NCBI GenBank assembly: GCA_963790415.1
Contig: CAWBOK010000003.1
Coordinates: forward strand, 607,273 to 671,272
Direction of reading: 5' to 3'
Length of the DNA stretch: 64,000 bases
From: an uncultured Actinomycetota bacterium
Lineage (GTDB): Bacteria; Actinomycetota; Thermoleophilia; RBG-16-64-13
Part shown: one piece after another, positions 55,030 to 64,000 of the stretch
Layout of the letters: the number at the start of each line of letters is the position of its first letter
Position numbering within the stretch: position 1 is the stretch's first letter
The notes under the pieces: generated by a model
Told to the model about the DNA's origin: nothing
Seen by the model: only the letters and a program-made list of their open reading frames with translations
Databases searched by the model: none
Position numbers and translations under genes: made by a program

Positions 55030-55212
55030 TCATGCCATGAACTCGATCTCTGCTCGGGTGCGTTCCTTGTCCTGGTAGCTGATGGGCTTGGTACCGCCAT
55101 CGGTGTAGCGATCAACGCTGGCGATAACCGCGGCTTGGTAGTGCTTCATGTCCATCCAGACGAGGCCACTCGGCTTGTAACCCAGAATCTTGTAGGCTTC
55201 CTCGAACGTCAT
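55030..55212 (-). CDS. small hypothetical protein
   Basis: 60 aa from the internal ATG (MTFEEAYKILGYKPSG...). Confidence 0.35.
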   Translation of the reverse strand: MTFEEAYKILGYKPSGLVWMDMKHYQAAVIASVDRYTDGGTKPISYQDKERTRAEIEFMA

Positions 55213-55294
55213 CTCATTCCCTTTCCGTGAACACCACATCCGGTTCCACCACCAGCCCAGGTCAAGCAAGAAGGCAGAAGCAAAGCGGGCCACA

Positions 55295-55837
55295 TCACCG
55301 CACAAGCCGCCCGTCGGCTGCCAGCACCGTGCGCACGATGACGCTCATCTCCTCCAGGGTTATGTTGCCCCGGGACAGTCGTTCAAGGTCGTGCCCCGGA
55401 CCTGGCCACTCTCCGTCTGGTTGGCCATCACGCCTCATCACGACCACACTCTGCTCGCGGGAATAGATGACTACGGAGACATTCCAATGGGTGGTGTGCC
55501 AGTACGCTGCTGCAACCGGGCCGGAGCCTTTGTAGCCCACCACCCAGTCGTCGGGCCTGAGTTTCACTAGCCCGCAGAGTCGCTCCATCTTTGCCTGCTC
55601 CAGGGGCGGACGGAGCCGAATCCACTCACACTCATTGTCGGAACATTCAAATAGCGCCGGATATCGTTCGCACTGGAGGGCGAGGTGATACGAAGGCCAG
55701 GTGGAACCGTCCTTGCGGAAGGACAGCCAATCGAAAGCAATGTGCTCCGCTATGACGCTGCGGGCCATCCAGCCGCCGAAGGTCTGCCCACTCCGCTCCT
55801 CAAATACCGTGACCATGGCCTTCACCAACGTGGACAT
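55295..55837 (-). CDS. hypothetical protein
   Basis: 180-aa ORF with protein-like composition; no motif recognised. Confidence 0.45.
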   Translation of the reverse strand: MSTLVKAMVTVFEERSGQTFGGWMARSVIAEHIAFDWLSFRKDGSTWPSYHLALQCERYPALFECSDNECEWIRLRPPLEQAKMERLCGLVKLRPDDWVVGYKGSGPVAAAYWHTTHWNVSVVIYSREQSVVVMRRDGQPDGEWPGPGHDLERLSRGNITLEEMSVIVRTVLAADGRLVR

Positions 55838-55922
55838 CCCGGGTTCCTTCGCGGGTACGATTATCTTGTTCGTCTTAGCCCCAGGTTCGTGACCTCCTTG
55901 GACGGGGTGCCCGTAGTATCGC

Positions 55923-56543
55923 CTATCTGACCCACCCCTGGGCTACGTACCCGGCGTTTCCCGCAGATGGGCCTTCCAAGATGCGCACGCGCTTCTTGAA
56001 GAGGCCAATCTCAAGCACAAGGACTCTTGTGTTCGGCGGCAGATGCAGCACGCGACCGCTGGAGACGAGTTCATCTATCCCGTAGTAGTCCCGGGCCGCC
56101 ATGGCCTTGGTCAGTTCGTCGTACGCCTGTTCGTCAACGGCTAGGGGCACGACAGAGGTCTCGTCCACGTACAGGCGGCCCTCCGAACCCACCGACATAC
56201 TGGCAACCGAGCCAGACGACGGAGTGTGCGACTTGCCAGAGCCAATGGACTGCGCGATGGCAACGCTCACTATGATCACTAGCACCATGACGGCAGCGAC
56301 GTGCGTTAGGGTCAGCTCGCTCTTCTTTGCCCCATCCGGTGGCGTAGGGGCGCTGGGTTCTTGTGCGGCAGCCGTGGGGGGATTCGTTTCCGGCTCTGCG
56401 ACCGCCACAGCGATCTCGTCTGTCGGCTGATCCACCGGCGCTCGGGCAGCAACAATCTCGGCACACCGCCGACAGGGCTTGCCCTCGGTGACCAGCGCGC
56501 CACAGACTGGACACCGAACCATCTTGAAAGACCCCTGCTCCAT
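55923..56543 (-). CDS. zinc-ribbon / single-TM protein
   Basis: 206 aa; CPVCGALVTEGKPCRRC, Pro/Ala linker, TM (VAAVMVLVIIVSVAIA), C-terminal globular domain. Confidence 0.5.
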   Translation of the reverse strand: MEQGSFKMVRCPVCGALVTEGKPCRRCAEIVAARAPVDQPTDEIAVAVAEPETNPPTAAAQEPSAPTPPDGAKKSELTLTHVAAVMVLVIIVSVAIAQSIGSGKSHTPSSGSVASMSVGSEGRLYVDETSVVPLAVDEQAYDELTKAMAARDYYGIDELVSSGRVLHLPPNTRVLVLEIGLFKKRVRILEGPSAGNAGYVAQGWVR

Positions 56544-56648
56544 CAGGTAGGACCAGCCAGGGAGTCAGGGTGAGTCCGGGGAGTATGGGTCATCTCTGTA
56601 TCATATCCGATTTTGGGATAGCGATGGTCGCGGACTTATGGTCGCTGG

Positions 56649-56894
56649 GTGAACCTTACGCCACCGCCCATCGACCAGAAGAAGCTCCAGGGTCTCCTAC
56701 GAGAGATTCGACTGGAGGCCGGGCTCCCGCAGACCGAGCTGGCGGAGCGTCTGGGGCGGCCACAGTCCTTCGTCAGCAAGTACGAGACGGGCGAGCGGCG
56801 ACTCGACATCCTTGAGCTGCGGGCGGTCTGTGCCGCGGTGGGCGTTGGGCTCGAAGACTTCGTGCGGCGGTTGGATCACGCCCTGCGCTCCTGA
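56649..56894 (+). CDS. XRE-family HTH transcriptional regulator
   Basis: 81 aa; LREIRLEAGLPQTELAERLGRPQSFVSKYETGERRLDILEL. Confidence 0.85.
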   Translation: MNLTPPPIDQKKLQGLLREIRLEAGLPQTELAERLGRPQSFVSKYETGERRLDILELRAVCAAVGVGLEDFVRRLDHALRS

Positions 56895-56950
56895 GGCGCC
56901 CCGCCCACGCTGCGCGCATCAGCCTTCGCCTTCGTTCTGTCCGTCCGAGG

Positions 56951-58123
56951 TTGTACGATGAACCAGTCCTGGTCTGCGGCCAGGCTGGCGCTTCTCTCCA
57001 GGAAGCGTTGCTGATTCAAGCAAAGGGACGTTACTTGGAAACCGTATTCAGTCACATCGTCCAGAAGCGTTTCTCCCAGGTGAGCGAAGACGTGGCTACC
57101 GATGCGCTTGCGTTCATCCTCCACACCCATGAATCGGCCCGGGACGGGATGATGAAGCTACTGCTGGGGATTGCACCCAGCCTGCCCACACTGCAGTTTC
57201 GAACACAGGTCGCCGACGGCAGCAGCCGTCCGGATATGCGGGGCTACGAGTACGATGTGGCCCATCCACGCATTTTCGTGGAGAATAAGTTCTGGGCCGG
57301 CCTCACGGAGAATCAACCCGTCTCGTACCTGGAGATACTGGCTACACACACTCAACCCACCGTCCTCCTGGTGGTTGCGCCGGAGGCCCGAGAGCACACG
57401 CTGTGGCGCGAACTTACCCATCGACTGGAGGACGCCGGCATATCGGCGACACCTCAACAGCCCACCGCCGGCATCGTGCACAGCCTCGCGACCGAGGACG
57501 GGCCCACTCTTGCGATCACGTCCTGGACCAAGCTGCTCTCGTGGCTGGAGTTGGAAGTGGCCGAGGATCTCTCCGCGAGAAGCGATCTGGCGCAGCTGCG
57601 GGCGCTCTGCGAAGCCGCCGACATCGACGCCTTCGTGCCCGTTGCCCCGGAGCAGGTAACTGATCAGCGTACCCCTGCTTTCATCCTGCAGTTGAGTTCC
57701 ATTGTCCAGGCTGCCGTGAGTCTGGCGGTGAGCGAGGGCGTCCTGAGCTTCGACGGGCTCAGACCGATGGCATCGTGGGATCGGGCTGGCCGCTACGTGA
57801 GGTTCTCGGTTGGGCCGGGCGGTACCCCGTGGCTTGGCGTTCATCTCGGCCTTTGGAAGACTTACGGAGTATCTCCGCTTTGGCTGCTCTTTTCGCAGAA
57901 TGCGCCTCATCTTCATCCCGGACTCCACCCGCTGCTGGAACCGTGGGCTGCCAAGAGAGGGGTGTTCACCACCCTCCAGGACGAAGGATTGGCGGTTGCA
58001 CTCGACCTGGCGCTCGGTGAAGACAAAGACCAGGTGGTGCGGGGTGTGGTCGATCAGTTGAGAGCGATGGCACACGTTCTCTCCGCCCTGAACGAGACAC
58101 CGGCAGGCCCTGATGGTGGCTAA
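56951..58123 (+). CDS. hypothetical protein with PD-(D/E)XK-like nuclease motif
   Basis: 390 aa (TTG start); RPDMRG...IFVENKFWA fits D...E-x-K; the rest is unrecognised. Confidence 0.5.
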   Translation: MYDEPVLVCGQAGASLQEALLIQAKGRYLETVFSHIVQKRFSQVSEDVATDALAFILHTHESARDGMMKLLLGIAPSLPTLQFRTQVADGSSRPDMRGYEYDVAHPRIFVENKFWAGLTENQPVSYLEILATHTQPTVLLVVAPEAREHTLWRELTHRLEDAGISATPQQPTAGIVHSLATEDGPTLAITSWTKLLSWLELEVAEDLSARSDLAQLRALCEAADIDAFVPVAPEQVTDQRTPAFILQLSSIVQAAVSLAVSEGVLSFDGLRPMASWDRAGRYVRFSVGPGGTPWLGVHLGLWKTYGVSPLWLLFSQNAPHLHPGLHPLLEPWAAKRGVFTTLQDEGLAVALDLALGEDKDQVVRGVVDQLRAMAHVLSALNETPAGPDGG

Positions 58124-58472
58124 CCCGGCGGCGCTGCCGGATGTGCTGCGAGGGTTCGTTGACTCCATACGGTGGACTTACGCCCGCACCATGCCGGAGT
58201 GGCCCCACGAGTACATCGTGCGCGAGCGGGTGGACCAGGATCTCTTCGTGCGGTTGGTCGTCCACATCCGAGGCAACGGATACGAGGGGAAGTTCTACCA
58301 GAAAGCCATCACCTACTACGACGATGGTGGACTGACCTACTGGACCATGGGAGCACCGGTCGAGGAAACGATCATCATCAACCGCTGCTGGCAAGAAGAC
58401 ACGTACGAGCAGCGGCTACTGAAGGGTACGCTCCCGGCGTCGAAAGGGGGCAAGGCGAACGAGCATCTGTAG
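58113..58472 (+). CDS. conserved-looking hypothetical protein
   Basis: 119 aa; overlaps the upstream gene by 11 nt; IRWTYARTMPEWPHEYIV motif. Confidence 0.5.
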   Translation: MVANPAALPDVLRGFVDSIRWTYARTMPEWPHEYIVRERVDQDLFVRLVVHIRGNGYEGKFYQKAITYYDDGGLTYWTMGAPVEETIIINRCWQEDTYEQRLLKGTLPASKGGKANEHL

Positions 58473-58547
58473 GCGACGCTCCGAAGGGAGGCTGACGCGA
58501 GTCGTCGGCGCGGCAGAGGATGTGCTCGTCGGCGGCTGGGGGCTTCC

Positions 58548-60282
58548 ATGGACCTAGACAGACTCACTAACAACCTCCGCTCGTCGGGGAAAGACCGCCT
58601 TGACCTGTCGTTCGAGCAGATCGAGCAGATCCTCGGCGCCCCCCTGCCACCGAGCGCCCGCAAGCATCAAGCCTGGTGGAGCAACACCGGCCATGCACAC
58701 GCGCGCGCCTGGAAGGACGCCGGCTTCAAGACGACCTTCGCAGGGACCCCTCCTAGCCACATTGCCTTCGTTCGGAACCGAGGTGCGAGCGCGGGGCAGC
58801 GAACGGCTCGGCCGCAAGCACGGCGTGGTCATGAGCCGTGGTCGGCCGGCGCCGGGTCCACCTATGCTCGGTCTGATGTCGACGCCATGCTGGTCGGGTG
58901 TGTGGCCACGAAGGCCCCCGCGCCGGCGCCGGCCAAGGACCTCTACCGGTCGCAGCTGTTCACACGGCGGCGGGCGTACGCGGAGGCCAGCGGGAAGCCC
59001 TGGTTCATCCTGAGCGCCTTGCACGGGCTGGTGCAGCCCGATGAGGTCACCGAACCTTACGACCTCAACATGACCTGAGGTCCTGGGGGTGCGTCGGCGC
59101 GCCTGGGCTGCACAGATCGTGGGCCGTCTGAAAGAGCTCTTGGGGCCCTTGGCCGGTCTCGTGTTTGAGGTCCACGCCGGGGCGGACTACCGAAACGCCC
59201 TCGTCCCCGCCCTTCGTGCTGCCGACGCGGCTCTAGTGAACCCAATTGAGGGCCTACGCTTCGGTGAGCAGCTGCATTGGTATGACACGGTCGGCGCTGC
59301 CGCCCTCTCTGCGCCCCAGTCTCACTTCGTGACGCCGCCGGCGCGGGCAACCGTTCCGCCGATTGCGCAGGCTCCTCCTCTGCTCGCTCCGTCGCCGGCC
59401 ATGGGGTCCGGCTCACCCCCGCTCGCTCGCCCCCTTACGGAAGCGTTCGTCAACGGCGACCTGGACTTCTCAGAGCGGCCCGGCGCGCCTGTTGCGGGGT
59501 GGGAGGGTATGCCCGAGGTAGCAGCGGCGCATGGGCTCCGCGGTGCTGACGCCAGCGATACCGCCGTGCGGCTCTTCATGACTTTCACTGCCGCACTTGA
59601 CCGGGCTCGGGATGCTGATCGCCTCTGGGCATCCGCCCTCGCCCTGTGGCGACACCAGCCGTGGGTGTTCGAGCCCGAACGGGTGCTCGCAGCCACTCTC
59701 ACCGAGCTGCAGGATGCCCTCAGGTCCTCATCAGTAAGCCAGCGCCACACGATGGACACGGCTGTGTGGCGTCTGATCGCGGAGACCCTGGTGTCGCCCT
59801 CTGGACCGGCGGCGCTCCGGGAGGCCGTCTATGGGGGAAAGGGAGACGCAGCGGTGCTCCTCGCGGCCCTGCAGGTGACCACGCCTGCGGGCACCGCCCG
59901 CACCCCCATGCTGGCAGGGCCCAAGGTCGGACCCATGTGGGTGCGCATGCTGGCCCATCCCGGGGCCGCTGCCATCACCTCCTTGGAGGTCCTGCCGGTG
60001 GCCGTGGACGCTCAGGTGCGCAAGGTCACCGAGTACCTCGGTCTCACTGATACCCGAGGTCAGGACCTGGAGAGGGTGCGCAAGGCGATCCAGGAGGCGT
60101 GGCGGCGGGACGTCCAGGAGGGCGGTGCGGTGGGACCGGGTGCCCTGGCTGGCACCTGCGCGGCGCTTGACCCGGCCCTCTGGTTCTTCGGCAAATGGGG
60201 GTGCACCTTCTGTGAGTCCCGGGGTGAAAGGCGACCGGTGGCCCGAGTCTGTGCCGACTGTCGATTCGAGCACTTGCGCTAG
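58548..60282 (+). pseudogene. multidomain protein (N-terminal small domain + DUF6884-like + HhH-type glycosylase-like + C-terminal Cys4), one frame disruption
   Basis: 58548 frame ends ...ILSALHGLVQPDEVTEPYDLNM; the same domain continues in the 59089 frame (PEVLGVRRRAWAAQIVGRL...EVHAGADYRNAL); junction near 59070-59078; C-terminal LAGPKVGPMWVRML and CTFC...CADC. Confidence 0.55.
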
Positions 60283-60474
60283 AGAGCGGTGGTTCAGTCG
60301 CGGGCGCGTCTGCGGTCAATGGACTCATTGGTGTTCTCAGGCAGGGGCTTCGAGAGTAGGAAGGAGACGTGCAGACACAAAGGCGTTGTCGGCCCGACCA
60401 GAGGGTCAAGCTGTCTTACGAGCACCACTGTCACTGGGCTCGTGGCGAAGTCAAGCATTCGGAAGGAGATCGAA

Positions 60475-61023
60475 GTGGGCGGAGCAAGCAGGCGCTTTCC
60501 GTTTCTCGCCAATCGGGGCCAACTCGAACCCCTGCTCAAGCCGGACCTGGATGCTGTCTTCGTCGGGGAAGGTCCGGTGCCAGGCCGATATTCTGACCGC
60601 ACCAATACCTACTACGCGGATCTGACCAATGTGTTCTATCGGTCGCTCTTCATGAGTGGTTGGACAGCGGTAGAGTTGTGGCCACGCGAATCAGAGGTGC
60701 TTCTTCAATGGGGAATCGGGCTGGACGACGTATACGACGATGCTATGGGCCTCATTGATCGGCTAAGGGTTGTCGAGCCAAGGGCTGTCTGTTTCAACAG
60801 CCGGAGTGCCCTGCACCAGTATGTGCGACAGGTACAGGGGCAAGACTTACCTCCCCATGCAGAATGGAAGGGTGAGTATGCGAGCGCCCTGGCGTCGTTC
60901 GTGTGGGAGCCCTTCGTCTGGGCTTTGCCGGATAGCTCGGGGCAGGCTGCAGCGTATCATCCAGAGCGCATCGCATTGTTGGAAGGGCTGCGCAAGAGCC
61001 TTCGGCGCAAGAAGGCACGCTAG
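60475..61023 (+). CDS. uracil-DNA glycosylase superfamily (Mug/family 4-like) protein
   Basis: GTG 60475 with GGAAGGAGA RBS; LDAVFVGEGPVPG (motif A-like), GIGLDDV, ALPDSSGQAA (motif B-like). Confidence 0.55.
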   Translation: MGGASRRFPFLANRGQLEPLLKPDLDAVFVGEGPVPGRYSDRTNTYYADLTNVFYRSLFMSGWTAVELWPRESEVLLQWGIGLDDVYDDAMGLIDRLRVVEPRAVCFNSRSALHQYVRQVQGQDLPPHAEWKGEYASALASFVWEPFVWALPDSSGQAAAYHPERIALLEGLRKSLRRKKAR

Positions 61024-61227
61024 CCCTTTCGACGCCGTGCGGGCTAAGAACTCCGGAAGAAGGTCTTCGAGGTCGTAATCCCCGCTATCAGAACTTGACC
61101 ACAAGGCAGTTCTCCTGGATGAGGTGATGCCCCATTCACGCTTGCTCTGTTGGTTGGGGCAACCGCTCTGACTCGCGGCCGATCACGCGTATCTACGTGC
61201 GCGCTCCGAGTGCCCTACGTCGCTAGG

Positions 61228-61273
61228 CTGACAAACCTGACATTTCCGACGTCGTGCCTGTCAGTTCTGTCAG
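61228..61273. repeat. 46-bp palindrome built from four CTGACA hexamers
   Basis: CTGACA-AAC-CTGACA-TTTC-CGACGTCG-TGCC-TGTCAG-TTC-TGTCAG; the right arm in reverse complement (CTGACAGAACTGACAG) is 15/16 identical to the 53227 repeat. Confidence 0.7.
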
Positions 61274-61628
61274 TTCGAGCGAGATCATGTGGGCTGCGCG
61301 GGGATACGCATAGACACGTGGCCCCGGGGGAGGTAGGGGTGGGAACACATGCAATCGTGCACCCCATCGTCCGATTCGGCCTTGGAGGTCAGGCAGCGCG
61401 TTATCGTCTCACCGGCAGAGGCCTACGGGGAGTATGCCGCTAGCCCGTCACCAATCGAGTCCACTCTCCCATTCATAGACCAGGATATTGAAGTGCGAGT
61501 AGGCTCCGGGCCGCGAATAGAGTGCTTCATCCAGCGCTCTGAGCTTCGGCTGGTTGATCTCCTGCCACATGGAGTACTCGTCGAACACCCGTGCGTCGCA
61601 GCCAGTCTGAAACGTTCATGGATCGCTC

Positions 61629-61802
61629 TCATACTTCTTCAGTGGACACGTCTTTGCTGTAGTCGAGATATCCAGCTGAGTGAATCACTACGTACCCTTC
61701 CATCCTCTTGAGTTCCTCCACCTCCCACCAGGACGGGTTAATATCAAGGAGTACCTGCTCGCTATCCTTGGCGAACCCCGTTATCCGCACCGAGAACGCC
61801 AT
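61629..61802 (-). CDS. small hypothetical protein
   Basis: 57 aa from the internal ATG (MAFSVRITGFAKDSEQVLLDINPSWWEVEELK...); low-GC patch. Confidence 0.3.
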   Translation of the reverse strand: MAFSVRITGFAKDSEQVLLDINPSWWEVEELKRMEGYVVIHSAGYLDYSKDVSTEEV

Positions 61803-61836
61803 CGGCTCCCTTCTCCCCTCTCCCTGCGGCCCAGGG

Positions 61837-62639
61837 TCACTGTGGGCGGCGCGATGGACGAACGGTGTTCTCGTCCGACAGCTGTGTGCAGGCGCCCCGG
61901 GCACGGACCGTCTTCTTCCTCGTTGACATGAACCGCCACACGCTGTGATCGAAGGTCGCCCGGGGGATGCCGGCATCGTCCGCTGTTTCATTCAGGATCT
62001 CCCGGGCCTCGTCGTAGCCGGAGACAGGGACGCCGGCCTCTTCAAGCACCGCATAGCCGTAACGGTCAACGGCAGCCGTCTGTCCTCCCACCAAGATCTT
62101 GAGATAGTCGACCGTCTTCGGTCCGACACCCCGTACCGAGGCAACAGTCGGGGCGATGGGCCTCTTCTCCAGCCAGGCGGAGAGCATGCTCTCTGTCTCG
62201 ATGTCCCGATCGCGTAGGAACGTCGTGAGGGCGACAACCCTGTTGGGCTTCTCGTCGTCACGCCACGAGAGCACGGTCTTGGGCCCCACCTCATGCAGTA
62301 CGCCGAGGAAGGCGGATGTCGTCACGGCATTCGGATAGACCTCAAGGGTATCCTTTTGACCCGGGGGCGAACGACGGTTTCGTAGGTCGTCCCCGCCTGA
62401 AGGATGGCATCGGTTATCGTAGCCCCCATGTGGTGGTAGGGGCCGTCTGGGTCATCGACGATGACGAAGCCGTCAAGAGTGCTCAGATACTTCACCAAGA
62501 GGGTGGCGGCTCCCTCCCGGACGTTCACCGAGGGCTTCTTGGCTCTGACGGTCTCACGAGCATCATCGGTCTCTCCGCGTCGGCTTGTATTCAAGCGCCC
62601 ATAGCTGAAGCTCGGTCCCGCGAGGGCCGCTCCACTCAT
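61837..62639 (-). pseudogene. helix-hairpin-helix (HhH) DNA-binding/repair-like protein, one frame disruption
   Basis: 62322..62639 and 61837..62325 ORFs join as ...RPRVKK-DTLEVYPNAVTTSAFL if the T4 run 62354-62357 gains one base; VRGVGPKTVDYLKIL HhH motif. Confidence 0.5.
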
Positions 62640-62879
62640 ACCAGCTCCCCCACACCGATCTATTGGTGCTCTATCATTTTGGCCTGTGTCCCGCAGGGGG
62701 TCGTCGCGTCGGCGATATTGAGCCCACGCGTGGTCATGAAGTCGCTGAGCTGCTGGCCTATGAAACCCGGTCGACGCGATTCGAAAGGGTAACGATACTC
62801 ACGTGTGGGACTTCTTCTTCACTTGCGCCGTCTGGGAGTTGATGCCTGCATCTTGACCAAAGCTTCTCCGGATAGCGAA

Positions 62880-64000
62880 CTACTCCTCGACCGGTCGCGA
62901 CCGTCGGGTCCGGTACTGCGCCTGGTGGGTTCGAAGCTGCAGATCTCGGTCGGCAACGACGCCGTCCGCTCCCCTGGCCTCCAACTCCTCCTGCATGCGC
63001 AGGTGCGCTTGAGCAGGCGGAGACGCGGGATCCTGCAGCTCAGAGAGCGTCCGCTGTGCGCTCGCCATGTGGGCATGGAACCTGTCTCGGTCTCCGCGCC
63101 GGGCAGCATCGACCGCGTCCCGATGCGCGTCGGCCACCAGCTGTAGCTGAGCCGCACCCAGGATGTCGTGATCGACGTGAGTCTCCACGGCCGCCACATC
63201 CGCGGACCCCAGGGCCTGCACAATCATGACCTTGGTCTGCTCGATGAGGTCACCGTCGAGGGCGGTCCATCTGCACGTCACGGTCCCCATCTCCATCCCG
63301 CCCACCGGGACATGCGGCACCTCGAGGGCGAGGAGAATGGATCGGGTTGTACCCGTCTGGACGTCGCCGGCCGCGGCAGGCAGGTTCCCTCCGGCAAAGC
63401 CGAGCACACCCGCCAGGTGGCAGTCCTTCGGCTGGAAGTCAACCGTCAGGTTCTGCGCCGCGACGCTGCCGAGTTCCCCCAGTTCTTCCTTGAAGATGGC
63501 GGGGGTGGCTTCCGGGGAGGCGATGTAGTAGTAGTTGCCCCCGCCGGCATCGGCGATCTGTGTCAGCAGGTCCTCGTCATAGGACTCACCCAGGCCGAAG
63601 GTGGACACCGTCCTGCCGCCGGACGTCGCCTTGTGGGCGATGTCACGGAGCTTGTCCATGTTGGTGATCCCGCGGTTGGCCAATCCATCGGAGAGCATCA
63701 GCACCCGATGGATGGCCCGACTCCGCGGCCAAGCTGTTGGATACCCGCCAGCAGGCCGCCGGAGAGGTTGGTGCAGCCCCGAGACTCGATGGTCTGCACC
63801 TTGGCGCGCATCACCGTAGCGTCGATCCGGGAGCGGGGGAACACCACCTCGACTTCGTCATCGTAGGCGATGAGGGCGAGTCGATCATGCTTCCGCAGGC
63901 CGTCGATGAGCCGACAGATCGCTTCCTTCGCGCTCACGAGTGCGTGCCCCTCCATGGAGCCGCTCCGGTCGAGCACGATGGCCAGATCGAGGGGAGGGCT
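62880..64000 (-). pseudogene. von Willebrand factor A (vWA) domain protein, 5' end outside the window, one frame disruption
   Basis: MIDAS LDRSGSMEG, ALIAYDD, then frame break near the C3 run 63716-63718, then VLMLSDGLANRG, STFGLGESYDE; long helical C-terminal region. Confidence 0.75.

Larger units (their letters stand above)
47727..61273. mobile_element. integrated element (int / xis / primase-polymerase / cargo); right end not firmly defined
   Basis: integrase abutting repeat R2, divergent excisionase-primase module, shared CTGACR-N3-CTGACAG sites at 53.1-53.2 kb and 61.2 kb, patchy lower GC. Confidence 0.4.

Noticed and set aside
61211-61235. Possible third copy of the R1/R2 att-like repeat (attR)
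   Set aside because: Only partial similarity (TGCCCT.CGT...TAGG.TG, about 16 of 22 positions, and it requires a gap). It is kept as a hint inside a finding but is not called as a feature.
61423-61711. Overlapping small ORFs (69 aa minus, 120 aa plus) and an unlisted 44-aa frame ending ...ILVYEWESGLDW
   Set aside because: A low-GC patch where several short frames compete. None has an RBS or a motif I can defend. It is possibly a decayed gene and is left unannotated apart from the 57-aa ORF at low confidence.

Overview
High-GC (about 67%) chromosomal segment from a Gram-positive-type bacterium. It is probably Actinomycetota-like: class E sortase, L,D-transpeptidase, many GTG/TTG starts and 1-4 nt start/stop overlaps.

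Core region (1-45.5 kb): MoxR ATPase, cysteine desulfurase, ileS, then a long minus-strand gene string (two TPR proteins, DAG-kinase-like, PHP phosphatase, lepB, dtd, MtaB-like methylthiotransferase, L,D-transpeptidase). Next come a small multihaem cytochrome beside a GtrA/GT2/GT-C glycosylation trio, tRNA-Ala, NfeD-stomatin-HypC, MarR-MFS, a polyprenyl synthase, two Zn-dehydrogenases and selA-selB. A toxin-antitoxin islet follows (hicAB, ygiT-type, fic, phd-vapC). Last is a redox cluster containing a FrnE/DsbA-like gene with an in-frame TGA (selenocysteine) that the ORF track splits.

Accessory region (45.7 kb to window end): tRNA-Sec (selC) at 45.68 kb is followed by accessory DNA.
- A 1.9 kb remnant is bracketed by 31-nt imperfect direct repeats.
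- An integrase / CGNR-like protein / two excisionase-like HTH / primase-polymerase module carries iteron-like CTGACR-N3-CTGACAG sites. The same motif recurs as a 46-bp palindrome at 61.2 kb.
- Cargo is rich in DNA-glycosylase-like, nuclease-like, HTH and vWA genes. This cargo is my best candidate for an undescribed (defence-type) system.

Assembly quality: about 25 apparent single-base frame disruptions interrupt otherwise recognisable genes, with an outlier cluster in mtaB (6) and selA-selB (4). I cannot tell assembly indels from real pseudogenes without reads.

No rRNA and no CRISPR array were seen. All family assignments come from motif recognition by eye, not database searches.
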